A DNA stretch of 64,000 nucleotides from an uncultured Verrucomicrobiae bacterium (GCA_951813855.1 OX638380.1:386876-450875); one strand, 5' to 3'; positions 1-10,335 are shown, counted from the first letter of the stretch. Translations and numbers: made by a program. Notes: generated by a model from the letters alone, not told the origin.

Positions 1-1
1 T

Positions 2-703
2 TTCCGAAGTGCTGAGGGAAAGCCGCAACTCCAGCGCCGAGGCCGTTCCCCGGTCGAACCGGTCTTTCATCGTGTCGGCCATGCTCCGGAACACTTCTGC
101 CGAAGCCAACGCCAATTCGTGCTGCTGGCGGGCCGCCGCCGCGGCCACCCACGCCTTGCTGGTTTGTGCCGCCAAGGACAGGCGATACACGGCCAAATCG
201 GCCAGTGCCGCTTCGGAGTCAGCCCAAGCCGCGCTACGAGCCGCCCTGACTCGTCCCCACAAGTCCAATTCCCAGAAGGTCGAAAAAACACCCCGTTGCG
301 TCGAGTACAACGCAGTCGGAATCCGATTGTTGAATTCCGGAATATCGAACGGCAGGCCGACGAAAGCCTGGTCCTGTCGTGAACCCTCCAGTCCGGCCGA
401 CAAGGAGGGATACAAACCGGCCCCGGCGATACGGGCGGTAGCCGCAGCCATCTCTACTCGCTCGGCCATCGAGAGCAAATCAGGATTGGCGGCGAACGCC
501 TCGTTCAGCATGGCCGCCAATTCTTCGGAAACGAATGCGTCCCACCAAAGCGGGCCGGTTTCCGCCGTTTCGACAGGCCCGGCGGTCCAGGCTTCAGGGA
601 CCACTAAGCCTTCCGGCAGCGGCTGCCTTTGGGGCGAAGTCGCGCAACCAGCCAACCACCCAAGCAACAGGCTCAAGGTAATCGCTCTCCCGGCCCTTTC
701 CAT
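2..703 (-). CDS. RND-efflux outer membrane factor lipoprotein (NodT/TolC family), N-terminal part; continues beyond the window start
   Basis: Hand translation of the minus strand from ATG (cat at 701-703): MERAGRAITLSLLLGWLAGCATSPQ... (lipobox LAGC) followed by ...LWWDAFVSEELAAMLNEAFAANPDLLSMAERVEMAAATARIAGAGLYPSLSAGLEGSRQ...ELDLWGRVRAARSAA, typical of the OMF family. The frame is open to position 2. It is absent from the ORF track because it has no stop inside the window. The listed + ORF 9..770 is its antisense shadow. Confidence 0.75.
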   Translation of the reverse strand, partial: MERAGRAITLSLLLGWLAGCATSPQRQPLPEGLVVPEAWTAGPVETAETGPLWWDAFVSEELAAMLNEAFAANPDLLSMAERVEMAAATARIAGAGLYPSLSAGLEGSRQDQAFVGLPFDIPEFNNRIPTALYSTQRGVFSTFWELDLWGRVRAARSAAWADSEAALADLAVYRLSLAAQTSKAWVAAAAARQQHELALASAEVFRSMADTMKDRFDRGTASALELRLSLSTSE

Positions 704-782
704 GATAAAAATCAATGCCGATTCCGTCCTCTGCCGCCACTTCCCTCCATCAGACGACTGGACCGATTAAACGAAGCCGAAA

Positions 783-1958
783 TCACCATTTGTCCGACTC
801 CTGATTGGTCGATCGAGTGGGCAACTGGTAACTGATGGCACCGTCGCCAAATTCGGAAACGTCGAGCATGACCGATAAATTGGAGAACTTCAACTTGAGC
901 GAGCGTCTGAAGTAACGATCGTAATAGTTGTTGAGATGAAAAGCTATCACTTCCAGTATGCCGCCGAGTCGAGGGAAGCCTAACTTGTCGGCCATTTTGC
1001 TGCCGATCAAACTTCGCGAAATGGAGTAGGCCAACCTCACCAGTTTTTCCCCCTCTTTCGGGTCCTTGACGTTCGCGACCATCGGAATAGCCCCGATAAA
1101 ACCGTTGGCCACGGCTTGGGCCGAGGTTTCATGAATCGGTTCACAGGCCATGCCGATCCGGTACAAAGCCTCGGCTTCAGCTCGAGATCGGTAAAGTATC
1201 GACTCCGGGATGCCCATCACGTATCCGGAATAACGAAATACGTCCATCACCCCCTGTTGCTCGTCTTTAGTAAAGCGCACGCCGAGTTTCCGGCAGAAAT
1301 ACAGCAGCCGGGCGGAAAAAATAGTAATGGCCAATCCCATGTTGGCAGCACTCAGCGGGATGCCTAATTCGTCGATATTCCAAGCTTCTGGGTCGGCGGC
1401 CAAATGCTGCCGAACCCGGGCATGGACGAACCGGATTCGACAGGATAGCTTGAATCCCTCGTTTTCCCGTTGCAATCCCCCGGGATAGAAAATATCCAGG
1501 ATATGCCGGTTGTTCTGTCCTAACCGGCGTTTGGAATCTCGGGAACCTACCCGGCCGGTCAGCCAAAACGATCTCGAAATCAAGGTCGAAAATCCTTCGA
1601 TCAACGAACCCGTCACGAAGGCCACCAATATCATGTTAGCTTTCTGGAAAAAAGCCCGATTCGCCGGAACAAACGTATTGTGATTCATCCAAGCAGGAGT
1701 GTTAGTGTCAACGGCAGCGAAAAACATACGCAAACACTGCGGCGCCTTTTTCAACTGATCTCTCTTCTGTTCGATCCCGGCCGCGATGAAACGATGAAGG
1801 GAAGGCGGATCCAAATCGGCCAATTCCTCGAGCACGAGATCCAACTCGGGGTCGCCGAGCATGACGTGACGCAGGTAATTGTCGGCCAATTCCGGATTTC
1901 GGGATCTGGTTCTCTCATACGGCTCACGATATAATGTCGGTATGACCAAGGGATTCAT
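783..1958 (-). CDS. oxygenase MpaB-family / DUF2236-like protein
   Basis: 391-aa ORF with coding-like composition. Overall resemblance to the DUF2236 (MpaB/rubber-oxygenase-like) family, recalled from memory (…RIRFVHARVRQHL…GIPLSAANMGLAITIF…). Confidence 0.55.
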   Translation of the reverse strand: MNPLVIPTLYREPYERTRSRNPELADNYLRHVMLGDPELDLVLEELADLDPPSLHRFIAAGIEQKRDQLKKAPQCLRMFFAAVDTNTPAWMNHNTFVPANRAFFQKANMILVAFVTGSLIEGFSTLISRSFWLTGRVGSRDSKRRLGQNNRHILDIFYPGGLQRENEGFKLSCRIRFVHARVRQHLAADPEAWNIDELGIPLSAANMGLAITIFSARLLYFCRKLGVRFTKDEQQGVMDVFRYSGYVMGIPESILYRSRAEAEALYRIGMACEPIHETSAQAVANGFIGAIPMVANVKDPKEGEKLVRLAYSISRSLIGSKMADKLGFPRLGGILEVIAFHLNNYYDRYFRRSLKLKFSNLSVMLDVSEFGDGAISYQLPTRSTNQESDKW

Positions 1959-3011
1959 TGATACGGCTGTCTACAGCTCAGCCAACCCTCAAAGACGAAC
2001 GCAATTGAAATCGCTCTCGCGTTTGCGAAGAAAGAGGCCTCATTTTGCTAATCTCAACGTGGGCGACCGGTACGGCAACCCTTTGTCAGTCATCCGAACC
2101 GGGGTCCGATTATCCGAGCGAATCATGAATCGCTGACTTTCGGAAAAGCCACCGGGCGAGAAATCCTCGAGCAGCTGAACCGAATACGAAATCGCGATCG
2201 AAAAACGTTCGATCGTCGCTCCGGTAATCAAGGCCAGTTTCAACAGATTGACGTTTCAAAAACAAGCTTGAATCGCCGAAAACGAAAAACCACCCCAACC
2301 ACTCCGATAGCCTGTTTCAGGTGGCCGCCCCTTCGCTCGACGCCGGTAGCGGATAACCGGCGAAACGAAAGCAGGGCCGAAACGGCCGATGCCTCAAGCG
2401 AGACAACCGGTCTGGAATCGCCAATCACGACGCGACGCAGGCAGCCACGGGCGGCATCCTGATCTGAAGCCCCAGCTTGCCGATATGATTTCCGATTCTG
2501 ATTTAGTGTCGCCAAAGGATCAGTCTATTCATTCAACTAAACTCGGTCAACCTTAATCACGGAACATCAGGGATGAAAAAAGGATCACCGCAGACAACCA
2601 AGGAACCGTTCTGCCGCTCAGGAAGAATAGTTTTTTTCGAACCGCAAATCACGATACGATCGACTGTCGGACATCCGGCGCACTTCGGATAGGCAACCGC
2701 TCCGAACGACCGGGCGAGGAATTCCTGATCGTCCGAACTGGCGGGTCTTCGGGTTCCTGGGACATTCGGTCCAGCACCGGACAACGGTATCTTCGCCGAT
2801 TCGGAAGCTATCGCCTCGCATGGACGGACCCGAGACATTCCGCCAGCAAAACGTTTGCGGGTTCGAGATTACGGATCGCCTGACAACGCCCCGCCTTCCG
2901 GAGTGGCGCCGGAATCGTTCGCGTCGAATCGTCAATCTGCCGCGGCGCCGTCACCATCGACGAAATGTTTCCGCTCGATCGCGATCAAACCGGAAAGCGG
3001 GTTCAATTGTT

Positions 3012-3222
3012 GTAACTATTCAAGTGCCGGAATTTCCTGATCTGACGCATTGGATCTGACCGTTGGGGGGCAGACAAATCCCGAATGGCGCACAAGTCCA
3101 TCGAGAGGTTTTTCTGATGCGAAAGGTCAGGAACATCGGAAGGCGGAAAATCTTCAATCGGGCGTTCCTTGGATCCGAAGATGGTTCCGTCAGTGGATCG
3201 AGAATCCGATTCAGGATAAAAG
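3012..3222. repeat. left terminal inverted repeat of the IS66-type element
   Basis: Reverse-complement match to 4992-5201 along about 210 bp with scattered mismatches (e.g. ...TTTCCTGATCTGACGCATT(G/A)GATC...GTCAGTGGATCGAGAATCCGATT...). Confidence 0.8.
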
Positions 3223-3276
3223 GTAACCGTTCAGATGCCGAAAAAGGTTGAATTATCGGAACGCAACGACCTGATT

Positions 3277-4881
3277 CTATTTCAATCCAAACTTCGCCAG
3301 TAACTGATCAGGAGATGACATGACCGTTTCGACGAGATCCAGACTCTGCTTTTTCGCCGTGTTCACGATACTGCGTAACACGGCATAATCCTTGGCCCCT
3401 TGATACGTGCGAAAACACCCAGAGATTTTTTGACGAATTTTCATCATGCGCCAATCGTTTTCCGCTTGATTGTTCGTGAAGGGCACCTCCGGATCCGTCA
3501 GGAATCGCGAGGTGTCTTCATTGTACTCTTGCAGCCTCACCGCTAGATTGTGCCCTTTCCGTTTCTTCTGCTTGCCTCGGCTTTTCTGTTGCAACGGTGG
3601 AAGGGATTCATAGTGCTGAATCGCTTGATCCAGGATTCGATCGTATTCATCCAACATCCCACGCAGTTCCGGGAAATCGTCTGGATCTCCCCCTTTATTC
3701 TTCTGTTTCCACCGATTCATCCGGAGCAGAAGTTTTTGCATCTGTCCCGCCCATTTTTCCTTCGGATTGAGGTCCGACACCAGTTGAAGTTCTCTCAGGT
3801 GATGAGCGTTGCACCGGGCATGCTTCACTCCCTCGACCTTGTAATACGGTTTCCAGTGGTCGTGCATCAGGCAACCCCAAAGTTTCGGGAACATTTCTCC
3901 GCGTTTTTCGGATATTCGATAAACCGTCAGGCACCAGGTGGCGGCCACGTGAAGCCAATGGAGCCTGCCGTTCACCCGAAAACCAGTCTCGTCCAGATTC
4001 TTGACCTTGCTGTCCCGGCAGACCTTTTGCTCGAGTTTCTCGACTACGGGTTCCAGGCGTTGAGCCGTCTTGCGGCACATCGCCGTTACCGTGCCCTTGG
4101 ATATCCTGATCTTGAGGAAAAGCTCCAGGATTCTCACGATCTTGTTGACGGGCAGCTGAATCTCCGGGTGCAAGATGCAGACCATCGCTATGAACTCTGG
4201 CCCATACGGTACCGGAGCTCTCACCGATTCCGGATATTGGGCCCGAGTTATTCCCTGGCAACAAGGACAATGCCCTTCAAACGCCCGGTGCTCGATCACA
4301 TGCACTTTGCCGTCCTTCAGATCAATGATCTGACGGCTGCTGTGATTCCTCGTCAAATCATCGCCAACCAGCTTCGAGCCACAGTGGCGGCAGGTATCCG
4401 GGAAGTGGTCGACGATTTGATCCGGATCAGTTCTTGGTTGGCAGGTATGTCCCTGATGGCCGGCTTGCCCGCCAGGTTTCTTCCCAGACTTTTCTCTGAG
4501 GCTCCGGTTGCGATCGGCGGCAGGCTTTTTCGCCAATCCGTCCGATGAGGGAGGCTTGCTGCTGTTCTGTTTCAGGCGGCGGTGGGCTTCATCCAATGCT
4601 TGCTGAAGCAAGGCGATCTCTTCATCCGCCTGATCGGTAGCGTCGTCTTTCTGCGGCTCGGAACACCCCGGTGATTCGTTCGGTTTCTTCGAAGCTGGAT
4701 CCTGACTGACCTCCTGATCTCCGCGTTCGTTCTGACTCAACTTGTAGCGCAACTCAGCCAATTGCTTGTGCAATTCAGCCAACTGCTCATCCCGTTCGGC
4801 CAACTGCCCACGTAGCTTGGTCAATTCATCGCGCAGATCGTTGAACCGAGAGACGTACCACTGTTTGTCGGATTCGAACAA
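3277..4881 (-). CDS. IS66 family transposase (TnpC-type)
   Basis: 534 aa. N-terminal leucine-zipper-like coiled coil (LAELHKQLAELRYKL), Cys cluster (CRHCGSKL...HCPCC), and the DDE region motif LDETGFRVNGRLHWLHVA...CNAHHLREL characteristic of IS66 TnpC. Confidence 0.9.
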   Translation of the reverse strand: MFESDKQWYVSRFNDLRDELTKLRGQLAERDEQLAELHKQLAELRYKLSQNERGDQEVSQDPASKKPNESPGCSEPQKDDATDQADEEIALLQQALDEAHRRLKQNSSKPPSSDGLAKKPAADRNRSLREKSGKKPGGQAGHQGHTCQPRTDPDQIVDHFPDTCRHCGSKLVGDDLTRNHSSRQIIDLKDGKVHVIEHRAFEGHCPCCQGITRAQYPESVRAPVPYGPEFIAMVCILHPEIQLPVNKIVRILELFLKIRISKGTVTAMCRKTAQRLEPVVEKLEQKVCRDSKVKNLDETGFRVNGRLHWLHVAATWCLTVYRISEKRGEMFPKLWGCLMHDHWKPYYKVEGVKHARCNAHHLRELQLVSDLNPKEKWAGQMQKLLLRMNRWKQKNKGGDPDDFPELRGMLDEYDRILDQAIQHYESLPPLQQKSRGKQKKRKGHNLAVRLQEYNEDTSRFLTDPEVPFTNNQAENDWRMMKIRQKISGCFRTYQGAKDYAVLRSIVNTAKKQSLDLVETVMSSPDQLLAKFGLK

Positions 4882-4991
4882 ATGAGAACGGCACGGTTAA
4901 GTGCTCCCAAAAGAGGCATCAGATTTGCCTTTGAGCCGTTGAGGTTTCCCTTCGCAGACTCATTGTACCTCCGATATACGAGAAAGTCAAA

Positions 4992-5201
4992 CTTTTCTCC
5001 GAAATCGGATTCTCGATCCACTGACGGAGCCATCTCTGGATCCCATGAACTCCCGACCGGGGATTCTCCGTCTTCGGATGTTCCTGACCTTTCGCATCAG
5101 AAAACCCCTCGATGGACTTGTGCGCCATTCGGGGTTTGTCTGACCCCCAACGGTCGGATCTAATGCGTCAGATCAGGAAATCCCGGCACCTGAATAGTTA
5201 C
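4992..5201. repeat. right terminal inverted repeat of the IS66-type element
   Basis: Reverse complement of 3012-3222 (see the left TIR). Confidence 0.8.
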
Positions 5202-5921
5202 CAATTGTTTCAACTGCCGACGACTCGGTAACGCTTGAGCGTTCGACCCGCAACGCCCGCTTGCGACCGTTTTCGCCGGCGGCCAGCAACCTTCCGTTCC
5301 GTTGCGTATCGCATCGCCAACCAGCGGCCATGGTCCGAGTTCCTTCAACCCGACGGGCGCCGCCTGACGCCTCCGGATTTTGTCGTTGCCACATCGAAAA
5401 CGAGGGAACACAATGGTGCCCGGTCAAAAGATCGACGAGCCGCGACCGGGCACGAACGCTGACAAAATTGCTTGGCGTTTCGGCCGGTGACGGCAGCGAA
5501 AAAAACGAACGCCGGAGAACTGTCGAATCCTGAACGCATGCCCTGCCGTATCCCCCTTGGCCCATCGCTCCCGGCACGAAGGAGCCCGATCCCGTTCGAC
5601 GAAGGAAGAGACGGCACTCGAATCGTCATCGATGGTGGAACGCCGGAAAATCTGACGATTCTCGCCTCCCCCTGTCGGCCCTCGAACGGCATGGCGAAGG
5701 ACGGCTGTCCGCGACGGCCTCTCGGATGATTTACCGAGACGAAGCGTCGGCACGACCATGCAGTTTTTCGCAACTCGAGAGCTACTCCGGTTAGTGGCCG
5801 ACGTTCCTAACACTTTTTTCCGCGCCGGCAGCGCCCCGCTCCGGCGACAAATCCATGCCATCCCGCCGTCCGAATTTCGGCCCGACTCTTCGATGCCGCC
5901 GATTCGAACGCCGATCGTTCC

Positions 5922-6851
5922 ATGAGTCGAGCCGTCATCCAAACCAAAGACTTCACCAAGTCGTTCAAAAGGCAGAAGGCCCTCGACCGGGTTACCGTGA
6001 AGGTCGATCCGGGAGCCATCGGCCTGCTCGGACCCAACGGCGCGGGCAAGAGCACGTTCATGAAGTGCCTCCTGCAACTCATTCCTCATTCCGGCGGCAA
6101 AGCCCTGCTGCTGGGCAGGGATATTCGCCAGGAAGGCGCCGAGATCCGCAAGCGGGTCGGCTATAATCCCGAACAAGATTGCCATATCCCCGGCATGATC
6201 GGTTGCGAGTACATCGCCTATTGCGCTCAATTGAGCGGGCTGCCTTTCAACGCCGCCCGGCAACGGTCCCACGAAATGCTCGACTTCGTCGGCATGGGGC
6301 AAGAACGCTACCGCAACATCGACACCTATTCGACCGGCATGAGGCAACGCCTGAAACTCGCTCAGGCCATCGTTCACGACCCGGAGATCGTTTTTCTCGA
6401 CGAGCCCACCAACGGACTGGACCCCAAAGGGCAGGCCCAGATCCTCGATCTGATTCAAAGCCTCTGGAAAGTTCACGGTATTTCCGTCGTTCTCTCCTCG
6501 CATCTGTTGCACGACGTCGATCGAATCTGCGAACAGATCATCATTATCTCCCAAGGCAAAATCCTGGTCCACGACACCTTGGAAAGACTCAAAGCCCGCC
6601 GGAATTACTCGGCTGAGCTCGTCTTGAAATCCCGAGCCGGCGACTTTATTTCGGCTTGCCGATCCCGGGGCTGGCCGACCGAAACGCTGCCCAACGGCCA
6701 TATCAAGGTAGAGCACGGGACGAGCACTCTCGATCCGCTGTTCGATCTGGCGCTGGAGACCAAAGTCACTCCCCTGCAAATCATCCCCAGTCCCAGCGCG
6801 CTGGAAGAATTATTCGTTCAAGCTCTCGCCAACGCCAATGAGTCTGCATAA
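5922..6851 (+). CDS. ABC transporter ATP-binding protein
   Basis: Walker A GPNGAGKST, signature YSTGMRQRL, Walker B IVFLDEPTNGLD. First gene of a 4-gene operon. Confidence 0.9.
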   Translation: MSRAVIQTKDFTKSFKRQKALDRVTVKVDPGAIGLLGPNGAGKSTFMKCLLQLIPHSGGKALLLGRDIRQEGAEIRKRVGYNPEQDCHIPGMIGCEYIAYCAQLSGLPFNAARQRSHEMLDFVGMGQERYRNIDTYSTGMRQRLKLAQAIVHDPEIVFLDEPTNGLDPKGQAQILDLIQSLWKVHGISVVLSSHLLHDVDRICEQIIIISQGKILVHDTLERLKARRNYSAELVLKSRAGDFISACRSRGWPTETLPNGHIKVEHGTSTLDPLFDLALETKVTPLQIIPSPSALEELFVQALANANESA

Positions 6852-7818
6852 CATCAGCTACCAACATTGGGATAAAGCCCACGAGGGAATCTGGTACCGG
6901 CGGCGGGTCATCGCGCTCCACGGCATCCGGAATTTTTTCAATAATTGGTGGGCCAAACAACTAGTCATCGGAGTCTGGGTCATCGCCTTGGCGGCTACCG
7001 CCTTATTGTTCTTGATCGGCCAATTGCTTACCACGGACAATTTGCTGTTCACGTTCACCGAACAGGTCGGCGGAATCATGCAAAGCGTCGTTCATAAACT
7101 CAAAGACTGGCTGACTTCCGACATGGGCAACGCCGTTCAGACGACTCACAGCGTATTCTTCTATCACCTATCCAATATCTTTCGCTTCTTCTCGATGGCC
7201 TCCGTCATCTTCCTAATCCCCCGATTGATCGCCCAGGACCTATCCAGTAAAGCCATCGTGATTTACGCCTCCAAAGCGATCAGCCGGTTCGACTATTTTT
7301 TGGGGAAGTTCGGCACGGTATTCGGCTTGCTGGCGATCCTCTGGATCGGCCCGCTGCTGTTCGTTTGGTTCATGGGCAATTTACTGGCTCCCGAATGGAC
7401 ATTTTTCTGGTATTCGAGTTCCGTGCTCGCAACCTCGCTGGCCTTCGCTCTGACGGCTTCCACTGTTATCGGCATTGTCAGCTTGGGAATATCCTCCCTC
7501 TCCACCAAGCCGGGCGCGGCGGTCGGCATCTGGATCATGTTCTGGTTGATGGGCAACGCCGTCAGCACTATGGGGCATTCCGATTCCTGGATCCGCCACG
7601 TCAGCATCAGTTACAATTTAGAGCAACTCTCGCGGTATTTCTTCAATCTGGGCCGACATTTCGAGGAACTAACCAGTATGATTCCGAGTATTCTCCGCAT
7701 CTGGGGTCGCGATATTCAATCCGCTCATGCGACCCACGAGGTGCGCAGTTTGATCGCCTTGGGCGTCATGGCCTTGATCGCCGGCCTGCTCCTGAACTAT
7801 CGCGCCAAGCCGGAATGA
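6838..7818 (+). CDS. polytopic membrane protein, putative ABC-2-type permease partner
   Basis: 326 aa with several hydrophobic segments. Overlaps the upstream ATPase stop by 14 nt, and its stop overlaps the next ATG (ATGA at 7815-7818). Confidence 0.6.
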   Translation: MSLHNISYQHWDKAHEGIWYRRRVIALHGIRNFFNNWWAKQLVIGVWVIALAATALLFLIGQLLTTDNLLFTFTEQVGGIMQSVVHKLKDWLTSDMGNAVQTTHSVFFYHLSNIFRFFSMASVIFLIPRLIAQDLSSKAIVIYASKAISRFDYFLGKFGTVFGLLAILWIGPLLFVWFMGNLLAPEWTFFWYSSSVLATSLAFALTASTVIGIVSLGISSLSTKPGAAVGIWIMFWLMGNAVSTMGHSDSWIRHVSISYNLEQLSRYFFNLGRHFEELTSMIPSILRIWGRDIQSAHATHEVRSLIALGVMALIAGLLLNYRAKPE

Positions 7819-8741
7819 AAGAATATATTCAAGCCGTAGAACTCAGCCGCTGGTACGGTTATATCGCCGGATTGAATCATATCAGTTTCGCTCTGGAACC
7901 GGGAATCACGGGTTTCGTCGGGCCCAACGGCGCCGGCAAGAGCACGTTGATTCAAATCATCACCGGACAACTCCGGCCCAGTTCCGGATCGCTGACCGTG
8001 TTCGGCGAAGTCCCCTACAACAATCCTCCCCTGCTGGCGCGTGTCGGGTTTTGCCCCGAACGGGATTCCGTGCCCGACTATCTCCGCCCCATGCACTGGC
8101 TGATGGGATTGGCGCGCCTTTCCGGAATCCCTGGCAATGAAATTTCCGAGCGTTGCCATCGGATATTGGAACGGGTCAAGCTGCCGAAAGAACACTGGAA
8201 GAAACGATTGAAGCAATATTCCAAGGGCATGCGGCAACGGGTTAAGCTGGCGCAAGCCCTGATTCACGAACCCGAACTCTTGGTGCTGGACGAACCCATG
8301 AACGGGCTGGATCCCATGGGGCGGCAAGAGTTTTCCGTCATTCTCAAGCAACTCGCCAGCGAAGGAGCCAACATCATCATCTCCAGCCACATCCTCGCGG
8401 AACTGGAACCCTTGTGCCAGCAAGTGCTCATCATGAATTGGGGCCGGGTCCTGGCCACTGGCGAACAAGAATCGATCCGTCAGGAAATTCAGGACTGGTC
8501 CGAACAGTTGTTCGTACGCTGCGACGATCCCCACAAATTAGCTTACCTGTTGTTCCATCATCAGCTGATTCGAGGATTCGATCTCGACGAAGAAGCCAAG
8601 GCCATCACGCTTCGGATCCGGTCGGGCGAAACCTTTTTCGACGCCTTTCCCGCTCTGGTCCGGAGCAACGGACTATCGATTCAAGAGATGAGAAGCCAAA
8701 GCCGCTCGTTGCGCAATTTGTTCGACCGGATCACCCGGTAA
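7815..8741 (+). CDS. ABC transporter ATP-binding protein (second ATPase of the operon)
   Basis: MKEYIQAVELSRWYG...; Walker A GPNGAGKST, signature YSKGMRQRV, Walker B LLVLDEPMNGLD. The start was moved from the ORF-track 7365 to the ATG at 7815, because 7365-7814 is an out-of-frame read-through of the permease gene. Confidence 0.9.
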   Translation: MKEYIQAVELSRWYGYIAGLNHISFALEPGITGFVGPNGAGKSTLIQIITGQLRPSSGSLTVFGEVPYNNPPLLARVGFCPERDSVPDYLRPMHWLMGLARLSGIPGNEISERCHRILERVKLPKEHWKKRLKQYSKGMRQRVKLAQALIHEPELLVLDEPMNGLDPMGRQEFSVILKQLASEGANIIISSHILAELEPLCQQVLIMNWGRVLATGEQESIRQEIQDWSEQLFVRCDDPHKLAYLLFHHQLIRGFDLDEEAKAITLRIRSGETFFDAFPALVRSNGLSIQEMRSQSRSLRNLFDRITR

Positions 8742-8753
8742 TCTGATTACCCC

Positions 8754-9548
8754 ATGAGCGATTCACTTCCCAGCCTCTATGCCGCCGCCCGCGGGCTCTG
8801 GACGCTGACTTGGCGCCGAGTCTTTTCCCGGAAATTGCTTGTTCAGAACACGTTTCTGTTTCTGTTTTACCCGGTGATTATCGGCTATTTCAGCTATTTC
8901 GGCCGGGACGAATCCGAGGCCTTTTTCAAGGGCGGAATCATTTCGATCCACGTTTGGCTCGTCGTACCGATCAGCGTCTTGAACTATTTCGGCCACATGA
9001 TCCGAGGCGAACTGCGCGAAGACAACTTTTCGTATTTATTCACTCGCCCGGTCAGCCGGTTTCGCCTCTACTTGCTAAAATACCTCACGGTAATGGTTGC
9101 GCTGCAAATCATCCTGTTCATTAACGGTATGGTCTATTGGGGCGTCGGTGCCTTCCTGAACATTCCTGAGCTGAAGCATTTTATCGGCACGCTGTTAGCG
9201 GTCCAATTTCTCGAGGTCATCGCTTACGGCGCCTTGGCCGGTTGTCTCGGATTAATCACTCGAAAATACGTTTTCGCGGGGCTGATCTACGGACTGATCG
9301 TGGAATTCGGGATGGGACGAATCCCGACCAACATCAATTTGCTGTCGATCAATCGCCACCTGAATGGATTTATCTCGCAGCATACATCCATCGTCGAATA
9401 TTTCAGTTTGGGGGTCGCCACCCGGGAGGATCTCTGGCTCTCAATACTGGTACTGCCGTTGGGCACCGCATTCGTGCTGGGGATCGGTGGTTTGCTGTTC
9501 ACGTATCGCGAGTACCTCCACACCAGCGAATTGCAGGACAGCGCCTGA
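8754..9548 (+). CDS. polytopic membrane protein, putative second ABC-2-type permease
   Basis: 264 aa, about 6 hydrophobic segments, 12 nt downstream of the second ATPase. Confidence 0.55.
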   Translation: MSDSLPSLYAAARGLWTLTWRRVFSRKLLVQNTFLFLFYPVIIGYFSYFGRDESEAFFKGGIISIHVWLVVPISVLNYFGHMIRGELREDNFSYLFTRPVSRFRLYLLKYLTVMVALQIILFINGMVYWGVGAFLNIPELKHFIGTLLAVQFLEVIAYGALAGCLGLITRKYVFAGLIYGLIVEFGMGRIPTNINLLSINRHLNGFISQHTSIVEYFSLGVATREDLWLSILVLPLGTAFVLGIGGLLFTYREYLHTSELQDSA

Positions 9549-9639
9549 GCCGACCGCCGTTCCGGAGCTCAGCGACGACGGGCCGAACCTTCACCCGGCG
9601 ACTGAGGGCGGCAGGCCTGAACCACGGGGCAGCGACGAT

Positions 9640-10125
9640 TTACGGCACCGGCTGATCGACCTCTTGGCCGGTCGGCTCCTCCAACGGCACTTCGTGATAA
9701 ATCAGGGCCCATTCCTCCATGTACCGGACCCGGCAGGGCGTTATCCGATACAGATTCCAATCCGGATTATCAATCTCGCCGAGATACTTCCGCAGCAAGG
9801 GGTTGGCCGCCCAAATCGACCGGATCAACTCCGGGTCCCGTTCTTCGCCGGCTAATCCCGAGATTCTGACCTGGTGATGATTTTCAGCGAAATAGCATAA
9901 TTCCGCCCGGGGATTGGCGGCGAGTTCTTGAGTCTTGTGATAGCGCTTGAGATTAGCGACGTAGACGACGAAACCTTCGGTCAGCACCGGCGAAACCGGA
10001 CGGGCCCTGGGCCAGGGACCGTCCACGGTCGAAAGAATCGGGAACCGGGCCAGTTGCATGGTAGCTAACGCTCGTTCTCTCAAGTCGCTCTCGGCTATCG
10101 GTTCGGCGGCAGGAACGGTTTTCAT
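9640..10125 (-). CDS. pyridoxamine 5'-phosphate oxidase-family (FMN-binding split-barrel) protein
   Basis: 161 aa. ...FPILSTVDGPWPRARPVSPV...VYVANLKRYHKTQELAANPRAELCYF...VRISG... matches the general-stress-protein-26/PNPOx-like pattern. Confidence 0.65.
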   Translation of the reverse strand: MKTVPAAEPIAESDLRERALATMQLARFPILSTVDGPWPRARPVSPVLTEGFVVYVANLKRYHKTQELAANPRAELCYFAENHHQVRISGLAGEERDPELIRSIWAANPLLRKYLGEIDNPDWNLYRITPCRVRYMEEWALIYHEVPLEEPTGQEVDQPVP

Positions 10126-10335
10126 GGACGACGAGCAATTAATCCTCGAAACCGGAAATAGTCAATCCGCGTCCCCCGGTTCTGCAGGGTTTTTTCACGC
10201 TAATCGCTAGAGGCCCGTGTCACCGATTTCGGGACATATTCGCTTTTTCCCTTCACCAGAGAGCCGAAACTTTAGCGCCTTCGAAATGGGAAAATAAAGC
10301 TGGCTTTTTCATTCTCCGGTCGTTATTGGTTCCTC

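Larger units (their letters stand above)
3012..5201 (-). mobile_element. IS66-family insertion sequence (single TnpC-type ORF), 2190 bp, with about 210-bp terminal inverted repeats and an 8-bp target-site duplication
   Basis: Both ends start with GTAACTATTCA(A/G)GTGCCGG in inverted orientation. The identical 8-mer CAATTGTT directly flanks the element at 3004-3011 and 5202-5209. An IS66-type transposase lies inside. Confidence 0.85.

Noticed and set aside
9-770. 253-aa + strand ORF from the ORF track
   Set aside because: Ala/Ser/Arg-rich with no protein-like pattern. The opposite strand encodes a clear OMF lipoprotein N-terminus (lipobox, OEP motifs), so this is an antisense shadow ORF.
2557-2838. 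93-aa Cys-containing minus-strand ORF in the 1-kb gap before the IS66-type element
   Set aside because: No homology recognised and overlapping alternative ORFs of similar size. Evidence is insufficient to call a gene. The IS66 target site itself lies in apparently non-coding DNA.
5424-6779. 451-aa minus-strand ORF overlapping the first ABC ATPase
   Set aside because: Antisense to a gene with unambiguous Walker A/B and signature motifs. Its composition (G/R/A/D-rich) is typical of GC-rich shadow frames.
7365-7814. N-terminal 150-aa extension of the second ABC ATPase in the ORF track
   Set aside because: It lies out of frame inside the permease gene and is Arg/Gly-rich. A canonical ATG at 7815 overlaps the permease stop.
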